A stretch of 64,000 bases of DNA, taken from positions 448,001-512,000 of the forward strand of contig OZ219801.1 of NCBI GenBank assembly GCA_964291655.2. Reading direction: 5' to 3'. The notes under the pieces are model-generated. The model ran no database searches, was not told the origin of the DNA, and saw only the letters and a program-made list of their open reading frames with translations. This DNA comes from Chloroflexota bacterium (GTDB lineage Bacteria > Chloroflexota > UBA11872 > VXOZ01). The position numbers and the translations under genes are program-made. Shown here in pieces: positions 51,087 through 60,545 of this stretch; the first letter of the stretch is position 1, and each line of letters begins with the position of its first letter.

Positions 51087-52956
51087 AGTAGCCCTCGAAC
51101 ATCTGAAGCTGCTCAGGAAGTTCCTCCTCGATTGAGCGACCAGTGTTTGCCAGAATGTGCCTGATAGTGGAGCGAGGACGATCTACTAAGCCTTCTAAGA
51201 CTTCAATTTCGAGTTGCATCTTCCTCTTTCGACGGTGGCTGTATACGAAGAACGGCGCAAAGACAGGGTGTAACCAGTAGTCAAATTCCTGAGTCGCGGC
51301 CTGCTCAATCAACTTTGTGCCGGACTTCCTTACGAGTGCTACGTGCATTACGGCACTGCTGAGTAGCCCACTTTGCCGACAGGTGTAGCTAATTGAACTA
51401 GGTTTCAGGTAGAATTGATTGACTTCTGGCGTGTGACCTTCAGGGGTGGATGCCATTACGCTAAAGACACGACCCAGACCAAGCACCAGCTTGGTTAGTT
51501 GTGCTCCATACGTGGAAACACCTTCAAGTTCTTTGAGAGCACGGGTGCCCACGGCTTGCGCAGCTTCAGTTTGTGAGTCTGCAGGGACTGTCTTGAGTTC
51601 CTGACCTCGTTGATCGGGATTATGTTTTAGACTTTCATAGACAAGCTCTAACGCGTATCGAATGTTGCTATTTGAAATAAGAAGAAATGTATCCCAACCA
51701 CAATATTGCTTTCTGATGCCGCGCCTCCCTCTGCGTATCGTGTACAGCAGGGAGTGCTTGTAGTTTTGGTACCTCGTGTGCCACTTGGTAGGGTTAACTC
51801 TAAGCTCGCTCAATTCGGAACCCAGCGTAGTTCCTTGTGCCTTTGACCAGAAGAGAAGAAAATAGGCCTGAAGACTTGGCAGTTGATCTAGTTCTTGGAG
51901 TTGTTGCTCTGTTAAGACAGTTTCGCGTTTCAATGCCCGTATCTCGGATTCAACGCCAAGATGGCAGGCTTCGTCTTCTTCAGACATTCCGGGCAATAAG
52001 TCGACTACCTTGATGGGTTCCGTTCCAAGTCGCTTTGCTAAGAGATCGAGCCTACCTTGACAAGCCTTAGTGGCAAAAGACCTAAAGTAATCTCCTTCAA
52101 GTGGATCCTCAATCTCAATGAGTTCGTAATCTGCCGGATACATGAGTTGTTCGTCCGCATTCAAGGTCGTCTTAACTTTCCACCCCAGTTGCCTTACTCC
52201 TACCTTGAATGTGTAGGCGTCTCCGGCGTGCTTTATCAGCGTATTCACTACACGCTGTTGATATTCAAGATAGTTCTCATACTCGTCGATGAGAAGAAAG
52301 AAGACCTTACCATTGAAGTCCGGAAGCCCTCTAACGGCCCCAATCAATTGCTCAATTGGTGCTCCGAGCATGGAAAGTCCACGTGGAACTTCATCAGCCA
52401 CATTGTTGATGGCAGCTTCAAAATCCACAAGCGTCATGCGGACCAATTGAGCTAGCCTTCGAATGCTGCGCACTGACTCGCCAATTCTCAAACTTCGAGC
52501 CACCAATTCAAGTTCTTCTTTTGAAATTCCTACTACTGTACCAGTTTCATTCTCAAACCACTCTAGAAAGTCCATCAAGCTCAAAGTGATAGTCAAATTC
52601 AGATAATGACCAAACAGCCGTGACCACCGGTCTTCCGTCAATTCGTCCCCGCTAAAGGCGGTTACGCGATTGGTGTCGACACGATGATACAGCCCGAAGA
52701 ATGGCCAATTCCTAGGATCCGCAGACTGCCTCAGCGCCGATTGACCCGCATATGATAGACCCTTCAAGGCGGTGGTCTTTCCCGTTCCCCGTCCACCCAA
52801 TAGAAAGCAAGGCCTGTTGGTCTGTAACGCCGGAAAGTACCTTGGTTCCGCGAACAACTCGTACAGTTCCTCCCCAAGCCATTCGGCCCGAGTTGAGCCA
52901 AAAAGCTGGTACAGAAGGGTGTGGAGGCTTACTTCTTCCTGATGAGCGGATTCCAT
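51073..52956 (-). CDS. ORC/CDC6-like AAA+ (P-loop) ATPase
   Basis: Walker A GGRGTGKTT, Walker B LLIDEYEN, NIRYALEL, C-terminal YWLHPVFAPFF..S.RRKRK; start 52956 or 52971. Confidence 0.85.
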   Translation of the reverse strand: MESAHQEEVSLHTLLYQLFGSTRAEWLGEELYELFAEPRYFPALQTNRPCFLLGGRGTGKTTALKGLSYAGQSALRQSADPRNWPFFGLYHRVDTNRVTAFSGDELTEDRWSRLFGHYLNLTITLSLMDFLEWFENETGTVVGISKEELELVARSLRIGESVRSIRRLAQLVRMTLVDFEAAINNVADEVPRGLSMLGAPIEQLIGAVRGLPDFNGKVFFLLIDEYENYLEYQQRVVNTLIKHAGDAYTFKVGVRQLGWKVKTTLNADEQLMYPADYELIEIEDPLEGDYFRSFATKACQGRLDLLAKRLGTEPIKVVDLLPGMSEEDEACHLGVESEIRALKRETVLTEQQLQELDQLPSLQAYFLLFWSKAQGTTLGSELSELRVNPTKWHTRYQNYKHSLLYTIRRGRRGIRKQYCGWDTFLLISNSNIRYALELVYESLKHNPDQRGQELKTVPADSQTEAAQAVGTRALKELEGVSTYGAQLTKLVLGLGRVFSVMASTPEGHTPEVNQFYLKPSSISYTCRQSGLLSSAVMHVALVRKSGTKLIEQAATQEFDYWLHPVFAPFFVYSHRRKRKMQLEIEVLEGLVDRPRSTIRHILANTGRSIEEELPEQLQMFEGYYASI

Positions 52957-53828
52957 CCCATCCCTTCCCATCGAAATAGCGGTAGCGTCGCGTCAGGAAC
53001 AGATCCATGCATCGCTATAGCCAAGCCCAACCTATGAAATCCCTGCCAGTCATCTACTGACTTGCCATCGGTGTCGGGGATACCGGCCCTCGCCGAAGCC
53101 CTTCTTACGACTTCTAGGTACTCTTCCCCTCTACCTGCTGGCCACAGAATTGAATTCTCTTCCACAGCTGAGTACTCACGTGAGATGAGCTGTCCAGGCG
53201 ACAGATTCAATCCCTTGCACTCTCTTATGATTGCTTCGCGGCCATATTCAGTTGAGAAAGCTGGCGCGTAGAAAATAGGGACCCCACTTTCCGTCAAGTT
53301 CTGAAGGCCTAAATCTTCCCACATAGTTATCATTTGCTGACCAGTTCCAACAAAGTCATCTACGAGGACAAGTGGGCAACCCCTTGTCGATGCAGTGTCT
53401 GCTGCTTCCTTGGCTGCAAGAAGCTGATTTTCATCCAAACCAAGAATTTGACGTGCTTTTCGAACAAACACTCGGCCACTGTCAGCAATGCTGTCTGTCT
53501 CTCCCTGAATCGGTGCAACCAACGCTGAAGAGAGGAACTCTTTCCAATCCAGGGTGAGTTGTACTGGGTTGCGAGGATCGAGCATTGACATGCTAATGCG
53601 CTGAAAACCAGCTAGGAAAGCAGCATCAAGTAACTCCTCTCCAAAGTACATGAACTGATCCAAGAGGTGAACTGCAACTTCCCGTTCGCGCTCATCAAAA
53701 TTCGACAACCACCTGTCTGGACTTAACTCGCTTTTGAGCGGCCAAAGGCGAACATTCACCAAGAATTCTGCCTTTGCCTTGACCCATTCCGACGACCGGG
53801 CTATAGGAGCTATAGGGGTCAAATCCAT
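52929..53828 (-). CDS. Phosphoribosyltransferase-like protein (conflict-system type)
   Basis: PRPP-binding motif LVLVDDFVGTGQQ; WLSNF, DSG and VPD motifs. Confidence 0.82.
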   Translation of the reverse strand: MDLTPIAPIARSSEWVKAKAEFLVNVRLWPLKSELSPDRWLSNFDEREREVAVHLLDQFMYFGEELLDAAFLAGFQRISMSMLDPRNPVQLTLDWKEFLSSALVAPIQGETDSIADSGRVFVRKARQILGLDENQLLAAKEAADTASTRGCPLVLVDDFVGTGQQMITMWEDLGLQNLTESGVPIFYAPAFSTEYGREAIIRECKGLNLSPGQLISREYSAVEENSILWPAGRGEEYLEVVRRASARAGIPDTDGKSVDDWQGFHRLGLAIAMHGSVPDATLPLFRWEGMGWNPLIRKK

Positions 53829-54374
53829 AAGGTCTAGCCGATTTCTCCAGTGTTGCTTCCCAGCATTGTCAGAGGGTTGGTCTTTAGATCATGACTGGGA
53901 AAGCTTCATAAAACATCGCAACAACAGTTTATCGAAGGAGTTCTCTGAACCGCAAGTCCAGTGTTTTGATCCACGCTGGGACCACTGGTACCCACTACCC
54001 GCGAACGCTAGTTTAGAATTTGAACCTGACTTCCATTACAAACAGTCGGTCTTACATCTGCTGCCTGCGCAAAAACGAAATCTCAAACTTGTGGCAATAC
54101 AACACCAATAGACAGGCATCGCCGCTTGAGGGAATTCACCAGCAGTGGTCGCACACACTCCCACGGGTTGCGCTAGGACCGCGTGCCATTGCCTAAGAGC
54201 CTTCCCACAATCGGACCATCGAACAGCCGATCCTATCCTCGAATTGTCCGAAGCTTCGCTGCCGAATGAGGTTAGGTTCGTGGCCGTAACCAGCCGGCCA
54301 AATTTCTCCTGTGCCCTGCGAGAGGATTGCTCTCCAATCTGCTGGGGCGAGAATTCATCAGGATTGAGCAGCCT

Positions 54375-54560
54375 TTCCAGGACAAATATGCCCAAAGCTA
54401 TTTCATAGACGAGGTGAATCCAGGTGCCGTACTGCCGCTCCAGAGTGTGGGAGGTGCAGATGCCAAGCAACACGGCATTGATGAAGATAACCGCAACGAT
54501 GCCTATTTCAAAGGCACGCTCATTCGTTATGCGCTCAGCGAGTTGTGTCAACCTGTTCAT
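54375..54560 (-). pseudogene. N-terminal fragment of a bacterial voltage-gated ion channel (S1-S2 only)
   Basis: FEIGIVAVIFINAVLLG..TS...IALGIFVLE, followed by unrelated sequence with no S4 or pore. Confidence 0.65.
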
Positions 54561-55069
54561 TGCTGGGCGTCTGCGTTCTTCTCACGGTTTCTGCGGGATC
54601 CATGGGCACTCAAGGCTGGGCACAACTGGGATTGCGAAAGCCTTGCTTTAAAGGAGCGATTGCAACCAGACCTGCCATGAGACGTCTTCTGCGCCGGAGG
54701 ACGACTTTCTAATCTCCTGTACCGTGCGCGTCAGCACTATGCCACGCCTTGCACTACCCAGGGTGGTAGGTAAGAAACCCCCTCTTTAGGCGAGATGATC
54801 CCTCTCACTGGAGTATTCAGACCGGGTAGATAGGTACTAGGAGTCCGGCAAGGTTACGCTAATTCTTCCCCGAGGGGAAACGTCTAAATCCACTCCTTCC
54901 TCCCGCTCTAACAACGCTGTTCTAAGCTTACCTTGTGCTAGAGTATAGATAGTTTTCACATAAACTCTCTCCAGGGACCCCTGGGCCCTAGACATGCGTA
55001 TACGCTTGCGGCGCAAAGCGCGAGCCGGCTACAGTAGCAAGCCGGAGGAATCCACGCGCCGCAATAGGA

Positions 55070-57481
55070 GTGGCTTCGTTGAAACGCCTCATTGGGCTCA
55101 TACTCGGTATTCTCTTGGCGCTGCTCGCGCTGAGTGCGGTTTTCGCCGCCGACTGTAAGTTCGTGCCGGGCTTCATGACAATGCGCGAACTGATCGGGTA
55201 TGAGGTATTCGACGAGTGTTTGGAGGCGGAGGTGCCACAGGACCGAGAGGCGCTCGTCGCCCTATTCAACGCCACGGGCGGCGAGAATTGGAAGTACAGT
55301 GGCAAGTGGCTGAGCAGTGCGCCAGTTGGAGAGTGGCACGGCGTTACGGTTGACGCAAGGGGACACGTAATAGAACTGCGCCTCCAGCGGAACCAGTTGA
55401 GCGGGGAGATTCCGCCGGAGTTGGGCGGCCTCACCAGCCTCACCTCACTGTGGCTCAATAACAACCAGTTAAGCGGAAATATTCCGCCGGAGCTGGGAAA
55501 TCTAACCAACCTGAGAGAACTGAGGCTCCTGCGGAACCAGTTAAGCGGGGAGATTCCGCCGGAGTTGGGCAACCTCACCAACCTGATGGACCTGAGGCTC
55601 AACCACAACCAATTGAGCGGAGAGATTCCGCCGGAGTTGGGCAACCTTGCCAGCCTCACGGATCTGCGCCTTGACTGGAACCAACTAAGTGGGGACATAC
55701 CACCGGAGTTGGGCAGCCTTGCAAACCTCGCGGAACTGCGCCTCCAGAGAAACCTGTTGAGCGGGGATTTGCCGCCGGCGTTGGGTAACCTCGCTCGCCT
55801 CACCACGCTGTTGCTCGACAACAACCGGTTGAGCGGGGCAATACCGCCGGAGTTGGGTCGCCTCGCCAACCTGAGATGGATGTTCTTCCATGAGAACGCG
55901 CTGAGCGGAGAAATTCCGCCGCAACTCGGTAGCCTCACCAATCTGAAAGCGCTGTCCCTCGAGGCAAACCAGTTGAGCGGGGAGATTCCGCCGGAATTGG
56001 GCAGCCTCGCCAAGTTGGAATGGATGTGGCTCTACCGGAACCAGTTGAGCGGAGAGATACCGCCTGAGTTGGGCAACCTTCCGAGGCTCACCTCGCTGTG
56101 GCTCAACCACAACCATTTGAACGGGGAGATTCCGCCAGAATTGGGTAACCTCGCCAACCTGAGCTCGCTGAGGCTCGGGTACAACCAGTTGAGCGGAGAG
56201 ATACCGCCGGAGTTGGGTAACCTAACCTACCTGAGAGAACTGAGGCTCGGCGAAAACCAACTGAGTGGGGAGATTCCGCCGGAGTTGGGCAACCTCGCGA
56301 GCCTCACCTCGCTGTGGCTCCACGGGAACCAATTGATCGGGGAGATTCCGGGCAGTCCGGTTCCGGTTCGTGTCGCGCCGGCGGTCACGCCCCAGGACTC
56401 CCCGGTTCCGCTCGCAGTCGCACTCCAGGAAGTATTCGGCGGACGGGAATTCGAGCAGCCAATCGAGATTGGCGCGTACCCGCTTGGGCCAGCCGACGGA
56501 GCTGGTCCCGGCGTGTTCGTAGCCGAGCGGGAAGGCCGTATCCTGCTGCTGCACCCGGATGGCGACGAGGCCGTCGAGTTGCTCGACATCACTGACCGCG
56601 TAACGATGGAGGGCAACGAGGAGGGCTTGCTCAGTGTCGCGCTTGACCCACGGTTCGAGGAGACCGGCCACCTCTGGCTCTTCTACTCAGTGCAGGGTGC
56701 GGTGCCGTACACAACGCGGCTCTCGCGATTCACGGTGGATCTTGCTGACCTGCGACGCGTGCATTCGGACTCCGAGCTCGTGGTCATAGAAGTCGAAAAG
56801 CCGTACGCAAACCACAACGGCGGCAGTATCCGCTTCGGGCCTGACGGGATGCTGTATCTCGGGTTGGGCGACGGTGGATCGGACCGCGATTCCCAAAATC
56901 TCGAGACCCTGCTGGGCAGTGTCATTCGCATCGACGTCCGTGAGGCCTCAGAAGCCTCGCCATACACCGTCCCGCCCGACAACCCGTTTGTCGATGTACC
57001 GGGGGCGCGACCCGAGATCTGGGCGTATGGGCTCCGCAACCCGTGGCGTATGGCGTTCGATCCGGCAACCGGCGTGCTGTGGGCGGGTGATGTGGGACGA
57101 TCAGACTTTGAGGAGATTAACCACATCGAGGCTGGTGGCAATTACGGCTGGAATCGGCTCGAAGGCTCGCACTGCAACAGTCCCGCAACGGGGTGTGATC
57201 CGGCCGGCACCATCCTGCCCGTGGCGGAGTACGGCCACCACCTCGGTTGCTCGGTCTCGGGCGGCGTGGTGTACGGGGGGGAGGCCATCCAGGCGCTCGT
57301 CGGGCACTACCTCTTCTCGGACTTCTGCCGCGGGCAACTGTGGGTGCTTCCTCCGAATGGCGGCGCCGTGGTTGAGATCGCCGACATCCAGCGGCCAGTT
57401 TCGTCATTCGGCACCGATGCCGATGGCGAGGTGTACGTGCTCACCTTCTGGGGAACCGTGTTCCGTTTAGCGCTCCCGTAG
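55070..57481 (+). CDS. Secreted leucine-rich-repeat protein fused to a PQQ-dependent sugar dehydrogenase (GSDH) beta-propeller
   Basis: Signal peptide; LRRNT-like cap (ALVALFNATGG..W..W...EWHGV); 14 x 24-aa LRR; EEGLL, NHNGG, GDGG, GLRNPWR, GNYGW. Confidence 0.9.
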   Translation: MASLKRLIGLILGILLALLALSAVFAADCKFVPGFMTMRELIGYEVFDECLEAEVPQDREALVALFNATGGENWKYSGKWLSSAPVGEWHGVTVDARGHVIELRLQRNQLSGEIPPELGGLTSLTSLWLNNNQLSGNIPPELGNLTNLRELRLLRNQLSGEIPPELGNLTNLMDLRLNHNQLSGEIPPELGNLASLTDLRLDWNQLSGDIPPELGSLANLAELRLQRNLLSGDLPPALGNLARLTTLLLDNNRLSGAIPPELGRLANLRWMFFHENALSGEIPPQLGSLTNLKALSLEANQLSGEIPPELGSLAKLEWMWLYRNQLSGEIPPELGNLPRLTSLWLNHNHLNGEIPPELGNLANLSSLRLGYNQLSGEIPPELGNLTYLRELRLGENQLSGEIPPELGNLASLTSLWLHGNQLIGEIPGSPVPVRVAPAVTPQDSPVPLAVALQEVFGGREFEQPIEIGAYPLGPADGAGPGVFVAEREGRILLLHPDGDEAVELLDITDRVTMEGNEEGLLSVALDPRFEETGHLWLFYSVQGAVPYTTRLSRFTVDLADLRRVHSDSELVVIEVEKPYANHNGGSIRFGPDGMLYLGLGDGGSDRDSQNLETLLGSVIRIDVREASEASPYTVPPDNPFVDVPGARPEIWAYGLRNPWRMAFDPATGVLWAGDVGRSDFEEINHIEAGGNYGWNRLEGSHCNSPATGCDPAGTILPVAEYGHHLGCSVSGGVVYGGEAIQALVGHYLFSDFCRGQLWVLPPNGGAVVEIADIQRPVSSFGTDADGEVYVLTFWGTVFRLALP
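55367..56353 (+). repeat. 72-bp tandem coding repeat (14 plant-type LRR units)
   Basis: Recurring AACCAGTTGAGCGGGGAGATTCCGCCGGAGTTGGG. Confidence 0.95.
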
Positions 57482-57809
57482 TGGTGATGCAGGCCGTAGC
57501 TGGCGCAATGTGGGGGCCGTAACATGACGGCGCGTGGGATACTGGCGCTGATCGCGCTCGTCGCCCGCTACGTATAAGGCTTCGCCCCTCGAAGGGCAGA
57601 CCCTTGTTGCAATTGGCGCAGAAGCCTCTCTTGTCTGTGCACTACAAAGAGACTGGTCTCCGGTCTGCTGAGGCAAAGGTCTATTCCATAGTCCAATAGC
57701 TTCCTCGGCATTGGGTCGTGGCGGCGTCCGCAAAATGACTCCTGGTCGCAAATCCTAACGCGCAGTCGGCATGCCACAAACATAGTACGCACCACCCAGA
57801 CCCTTTATC

Positions 57810-57883
57810 GGGCCGGTAGTTTCGCGGGAGGTGGCTGCGTTCGCATCGCAGAAGTCGGGGGTTCAAATCCCCCTCGGTCCACC
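57810..57883 (+). pseudogene. Degenerate tRNA-Ala copy (attR-like)
   Basis: Same length as the tRNA; first 10 nt and last 50 nt identical, D-arm scrambled (GTTT/GGTG cannot pair). Confidence 0.85.
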
Positions 57884-58076
57884 CGCATAGGGCACCAGTT
57901 CCTATGTGCTCTCAGGCTCTGCACACGCTGGCGCTTAGAGATTCCGCGTTCTCGGCCCTAGAGCCAACGCAACTGTATTGCTGCACTGTTGGGCGTGCCA
58001 CAGTTCTGGCACTTTCCCACAATCGACCTTACGGTCAGTTTAAGCGGCCCCCGGCAATTGTCCTTCGCGCCGATGA

Positions 58077-60545
58077 CTACTGTGCCTGCTCGCTGCGCTG
58101 ATACACAGCCTCCATCTGCTGGTCGAGATCGGCTGCCATTTGTCGCAAGTTAGAGCGCAGCCGCACGTTTTGGTACGAGCCCCAAATTGTCATCAAGGGC
58201 GGCACCACCAAAATCGATACGATCAGCGAGTAAAGAATCGTGATGGCCGCGGTGATAGCGAACTGTTGGGACGCCAACAGTGGGGAAGCGATGAGCACAC
58301 CAATGCCGAGCCCCGTCGTCAAAGCCGATCCCAGCAGCGCCGAGCCGGTGGTGGCGAGCGTACGGATGGCCGCCTGTTCCGGGTCCCGCCGGCGGCCGTA
58401 TTCTTCGCGGTAGCGGTGAATCACATGGATGGTGTAATCAACCCCGATGCCGATGGAAAGCGCCGTAATGATTGACGTGATGATGGTATAGGGAATGTCC
58501 AGCAATGCCATCGTGCCCAGCACTGAGATGAGCACGAGGAAGGTCGGCCCCACCGCGATGACGGCCAGTGCCGGCTGCCGCACCGTCAACCAGAAGAATA
58601 TAGCCAGCACGCCAACCGCTACTGCAACGGTCGTGCCGATGGACTCCGTCTGCCGGTCCCTGATCGCGTCCGTGACCGCAAAAGAGACAATTGTCTCAGA
58701 AGTCGCCGTGATGGCGTCGTCATCGCCAAGCCAGAGAGCTTCAATGTCTCCCTGGAGTGCTCTGGATGCCGCGGGATCTCCGGTGAAGGCCTCGAATTGG
58801 AGCAATATTGCGTCAATCCCGCCCGGGTCGTTGACCAAAAGATGCGCGAGGGAGGGCTCTTGCGACCCCAGTCTGTCCAGAATCATCTGCATGAGTTCTG
58901 GATCAAGTTCCACGTCGGCGCTGGCTTGACTGAAGAGCGCGGCCAGTTCCGGGTCGTAGTTGTCCCCCGGCTCTCCGCTATCGTGAATCCAGTCCCGAAG
59001 CAGCAGTTCATACGATGTCCGGATTGGTCCCGCCGCTGCGCTTGGACGCAGAGACTCGTTCTCAAAGGCGGTAGTAAGGTCCTGCAGGTTGAGCAACGAG
59101 CGAGTCTCCGTCGCCTCAGCTCTTACCAGCACACTGACGATCTCCGTTGAACCTCCAATCGCCGCATCGAGAGTATCGATATCTGCCATCACACTCCCAT
59201 CACTGGGCAGGAGGTCACGGATACTGAATTCCGCTTTTAGTCCCGTGGCCGCAAATCCAAGGGCAATCGTTGCCACCGCCACGACGAGGAAGTAAGGCAC
59301 GGGAGCGCGGGTGACCTCCCGCCCCAGCCCCTCGGCCAACCGCTCCACACCGGGAAACGCCGTCGAAATCAGGCGGGGCTGGCGTAACGTGCCGCGTACC
59401 TCGCGGCGGCGGTCGAGGATCGACCGTCCCGCCGGCAGCAATGTCAGCATCACAATGAGGCTTAACCCAACGCCCAGTCCCGCGATGATGCCGAAATCGC
59501 CGATGATATTTATCGGAGAGAAGAGTCCCGCCAGCAGGCTCACGATTGTCGTCACCGCAGCCAGCACCAGCGGGATCGTGACGTTACGCAGCCCCGTCCG
59601 GACTGCCAAAGTGACCGTCTCGCCGGTTACGCGCTGCTCACGATAGTGCGAAACAGTCTGAATGGCGTAGTCCACAGTGAGGCCGATGATGATTATTGGC
59701 ACCATGGCCGTGAGCGCATTCGGCGGTCCCACGAGACCCAGCCCGTTCGGCCCGAGCAAGCCCTCCACCCCGATGATCCAGATCAGTGCGATAAAGAGCC
59801 CCAAAATCGTGAGCAGCAGGTCTGAGATCGAGCGCATGAACACCAGGAGCAGAATCGCGATTAACAGAAACGCCAAACCAATGAGCGGCAGCATCCCTGT
59901 CTCTGTGGCCTCTCTGGACTCGTCCTCAATCACCGTATACGATACGCTGCTCACGGCCAGCGGCCCTTCGTCCGCCACCGCGAGATCGTAAACTCTCCGT
60001 TCCGCGTCCACGAGGCGGTCGTCGTCGGTATTCCGCAAGCGGATGGTGCCGATTGCTACCGGCGAGCCGTCCGTTTCGGCGCCGGTCATCACCGATAGTG
60101 CCTCTCCAATTATCGGAATCGCCTGGGCAGAATTAATCTGATCCTGGGTGACTGAACCGAGGTTGTCCACCTGGAGCGCGGCCATAACGAGCAATGAAGG
60201 TGCGATGACGGGATCTACCGGGGCCAGCAAGTCTGACACGGCTGGATCGTTGGCAATGTCATCGAGCAGGCTAGCCATTTGAGTGAGCCCCTCCGGCGTG
60301 AGGGCATTCCCACGGAAGAGGAGCGTTACTACTCTGACGTCACCGGAGTCTCCAAAGAGATCCTCGATCTCGGCCATCGCCCTGGTAATCGCGCTCCCTT
60401 CAGGCAGCGCCGACGCTGTTGCCGCGGGAGGTTCTCGTAGCCCAATTCCCGCGCCCAGCGCAACGGTGAGGATAAGGAGCACGAAGAGCGTGATCCAAGG
60501 GCGAACCGTAACCAGCCAACTCAACTTGCCGAGTATGTTGTACAT
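58077..60545 (-). CDS. MMPL/RND family transporter
   Basis: Two halves with IGLTVDYAI and IGIGVDYTIH, AAVTT / SALTT, two extracytoplasmic loops. Confidence 0.9.
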   Translation of the reverse strand: MYNILGKLSWLVTVRPWITLFVLLILTVALGAGIGLREPPAATASALPEGSAITRAMAEIEDLFGDSGDVRVVTLLFRGNALTPEGLTQMASLLDDIANDPAVSDLLAPVDPVIAPSLLVMAALQVDNLGSVTQDQINSAQAIPIIGEALSVMTGAETDGSPVAIGTIRLRNTDDDRLVDAERRVYDLAVADEGPLAVSSVSYTVIEDESREATETGMLPLIGLAFLLIAILLLVFMRSISDLLLTILGLFIALIWIIGVEGLLGPNGLGLVGPPNALTAMVPIIIIGLTVDYAIQTVSHYREQRVTGETVTLAVRTGLRNVTIPLVLAAVTTIVSLLAGLFSPINIIGDFGIIAGLGVGLSLIVMLTLLPAGRSILDRRREVRGTLRQPRLISTAFPGVERLAEGLGREVTRAPVPYFLVVAVATIALGFAATGLKAEFSIRDLLPSDGSVMADIDTLDAAIGGSTEIVSVLVRAEATETRSLLNLQDLTTAFENESLRPSAAAGPIRTSYELLLRDWIHDSGEPGDNYDPELAALFSQASADVELDPELMQMILDRLGSQEPSLAHLLVNDPGGIDAILLQFEAFTGDPAASRALQGDIEALWLGDDDAITATSETIVSFAVTDAIRDRQTESIGTTVAVAVGVLAIFFWLTVRQPALAVIAVGPTFLVLISVLGTMALLDIPYTIITSIITALSIGIGVDYTIHVIHRYREEYGRRRDPEQAAIRTLATTGSALLGSALTTGLGIGVLIASPLLASQQFAITAAITILYSLIVSILVVPPLMTIWGSYQNVRLRSNLRQMAADLDQQMEAVYQRSEQAQ

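Larger units (their letters stand above)
48923..57883. mobile_element. Genomic island integrated at tRNA-Ala, no integrase visible
   Basis: 50-bp perfect direct repeat, 48873-48922 = 57834-57883; visibly lower GC at 49-54 kb. Confidence 0.82.

Noticed and set aside
48968-53828. Classical restriction-modification or BREX/DISARM system
   Set aside because: No recognisable restriction nuclease, HsdR/Res helicase, PglZ or Drm genes.
54988-56013. 341-aa repetitive minus-strand ORF
   Set aside because: Antisense mirror of the LRR repeats.
55367-56353. Regular 72-bp repeat with variable segments read as a CRISPR array or DGR
   Set aside because: It is entirely in-frame LRR coding sequence; no cas gene or reverse transcriptase is present and the variation is not adenine-specific.
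57810-57883. Second functional tRNA-Ala
   Set aside because: The D-stem cannot form, so it is treated as a pseudo-tRNA or att site.
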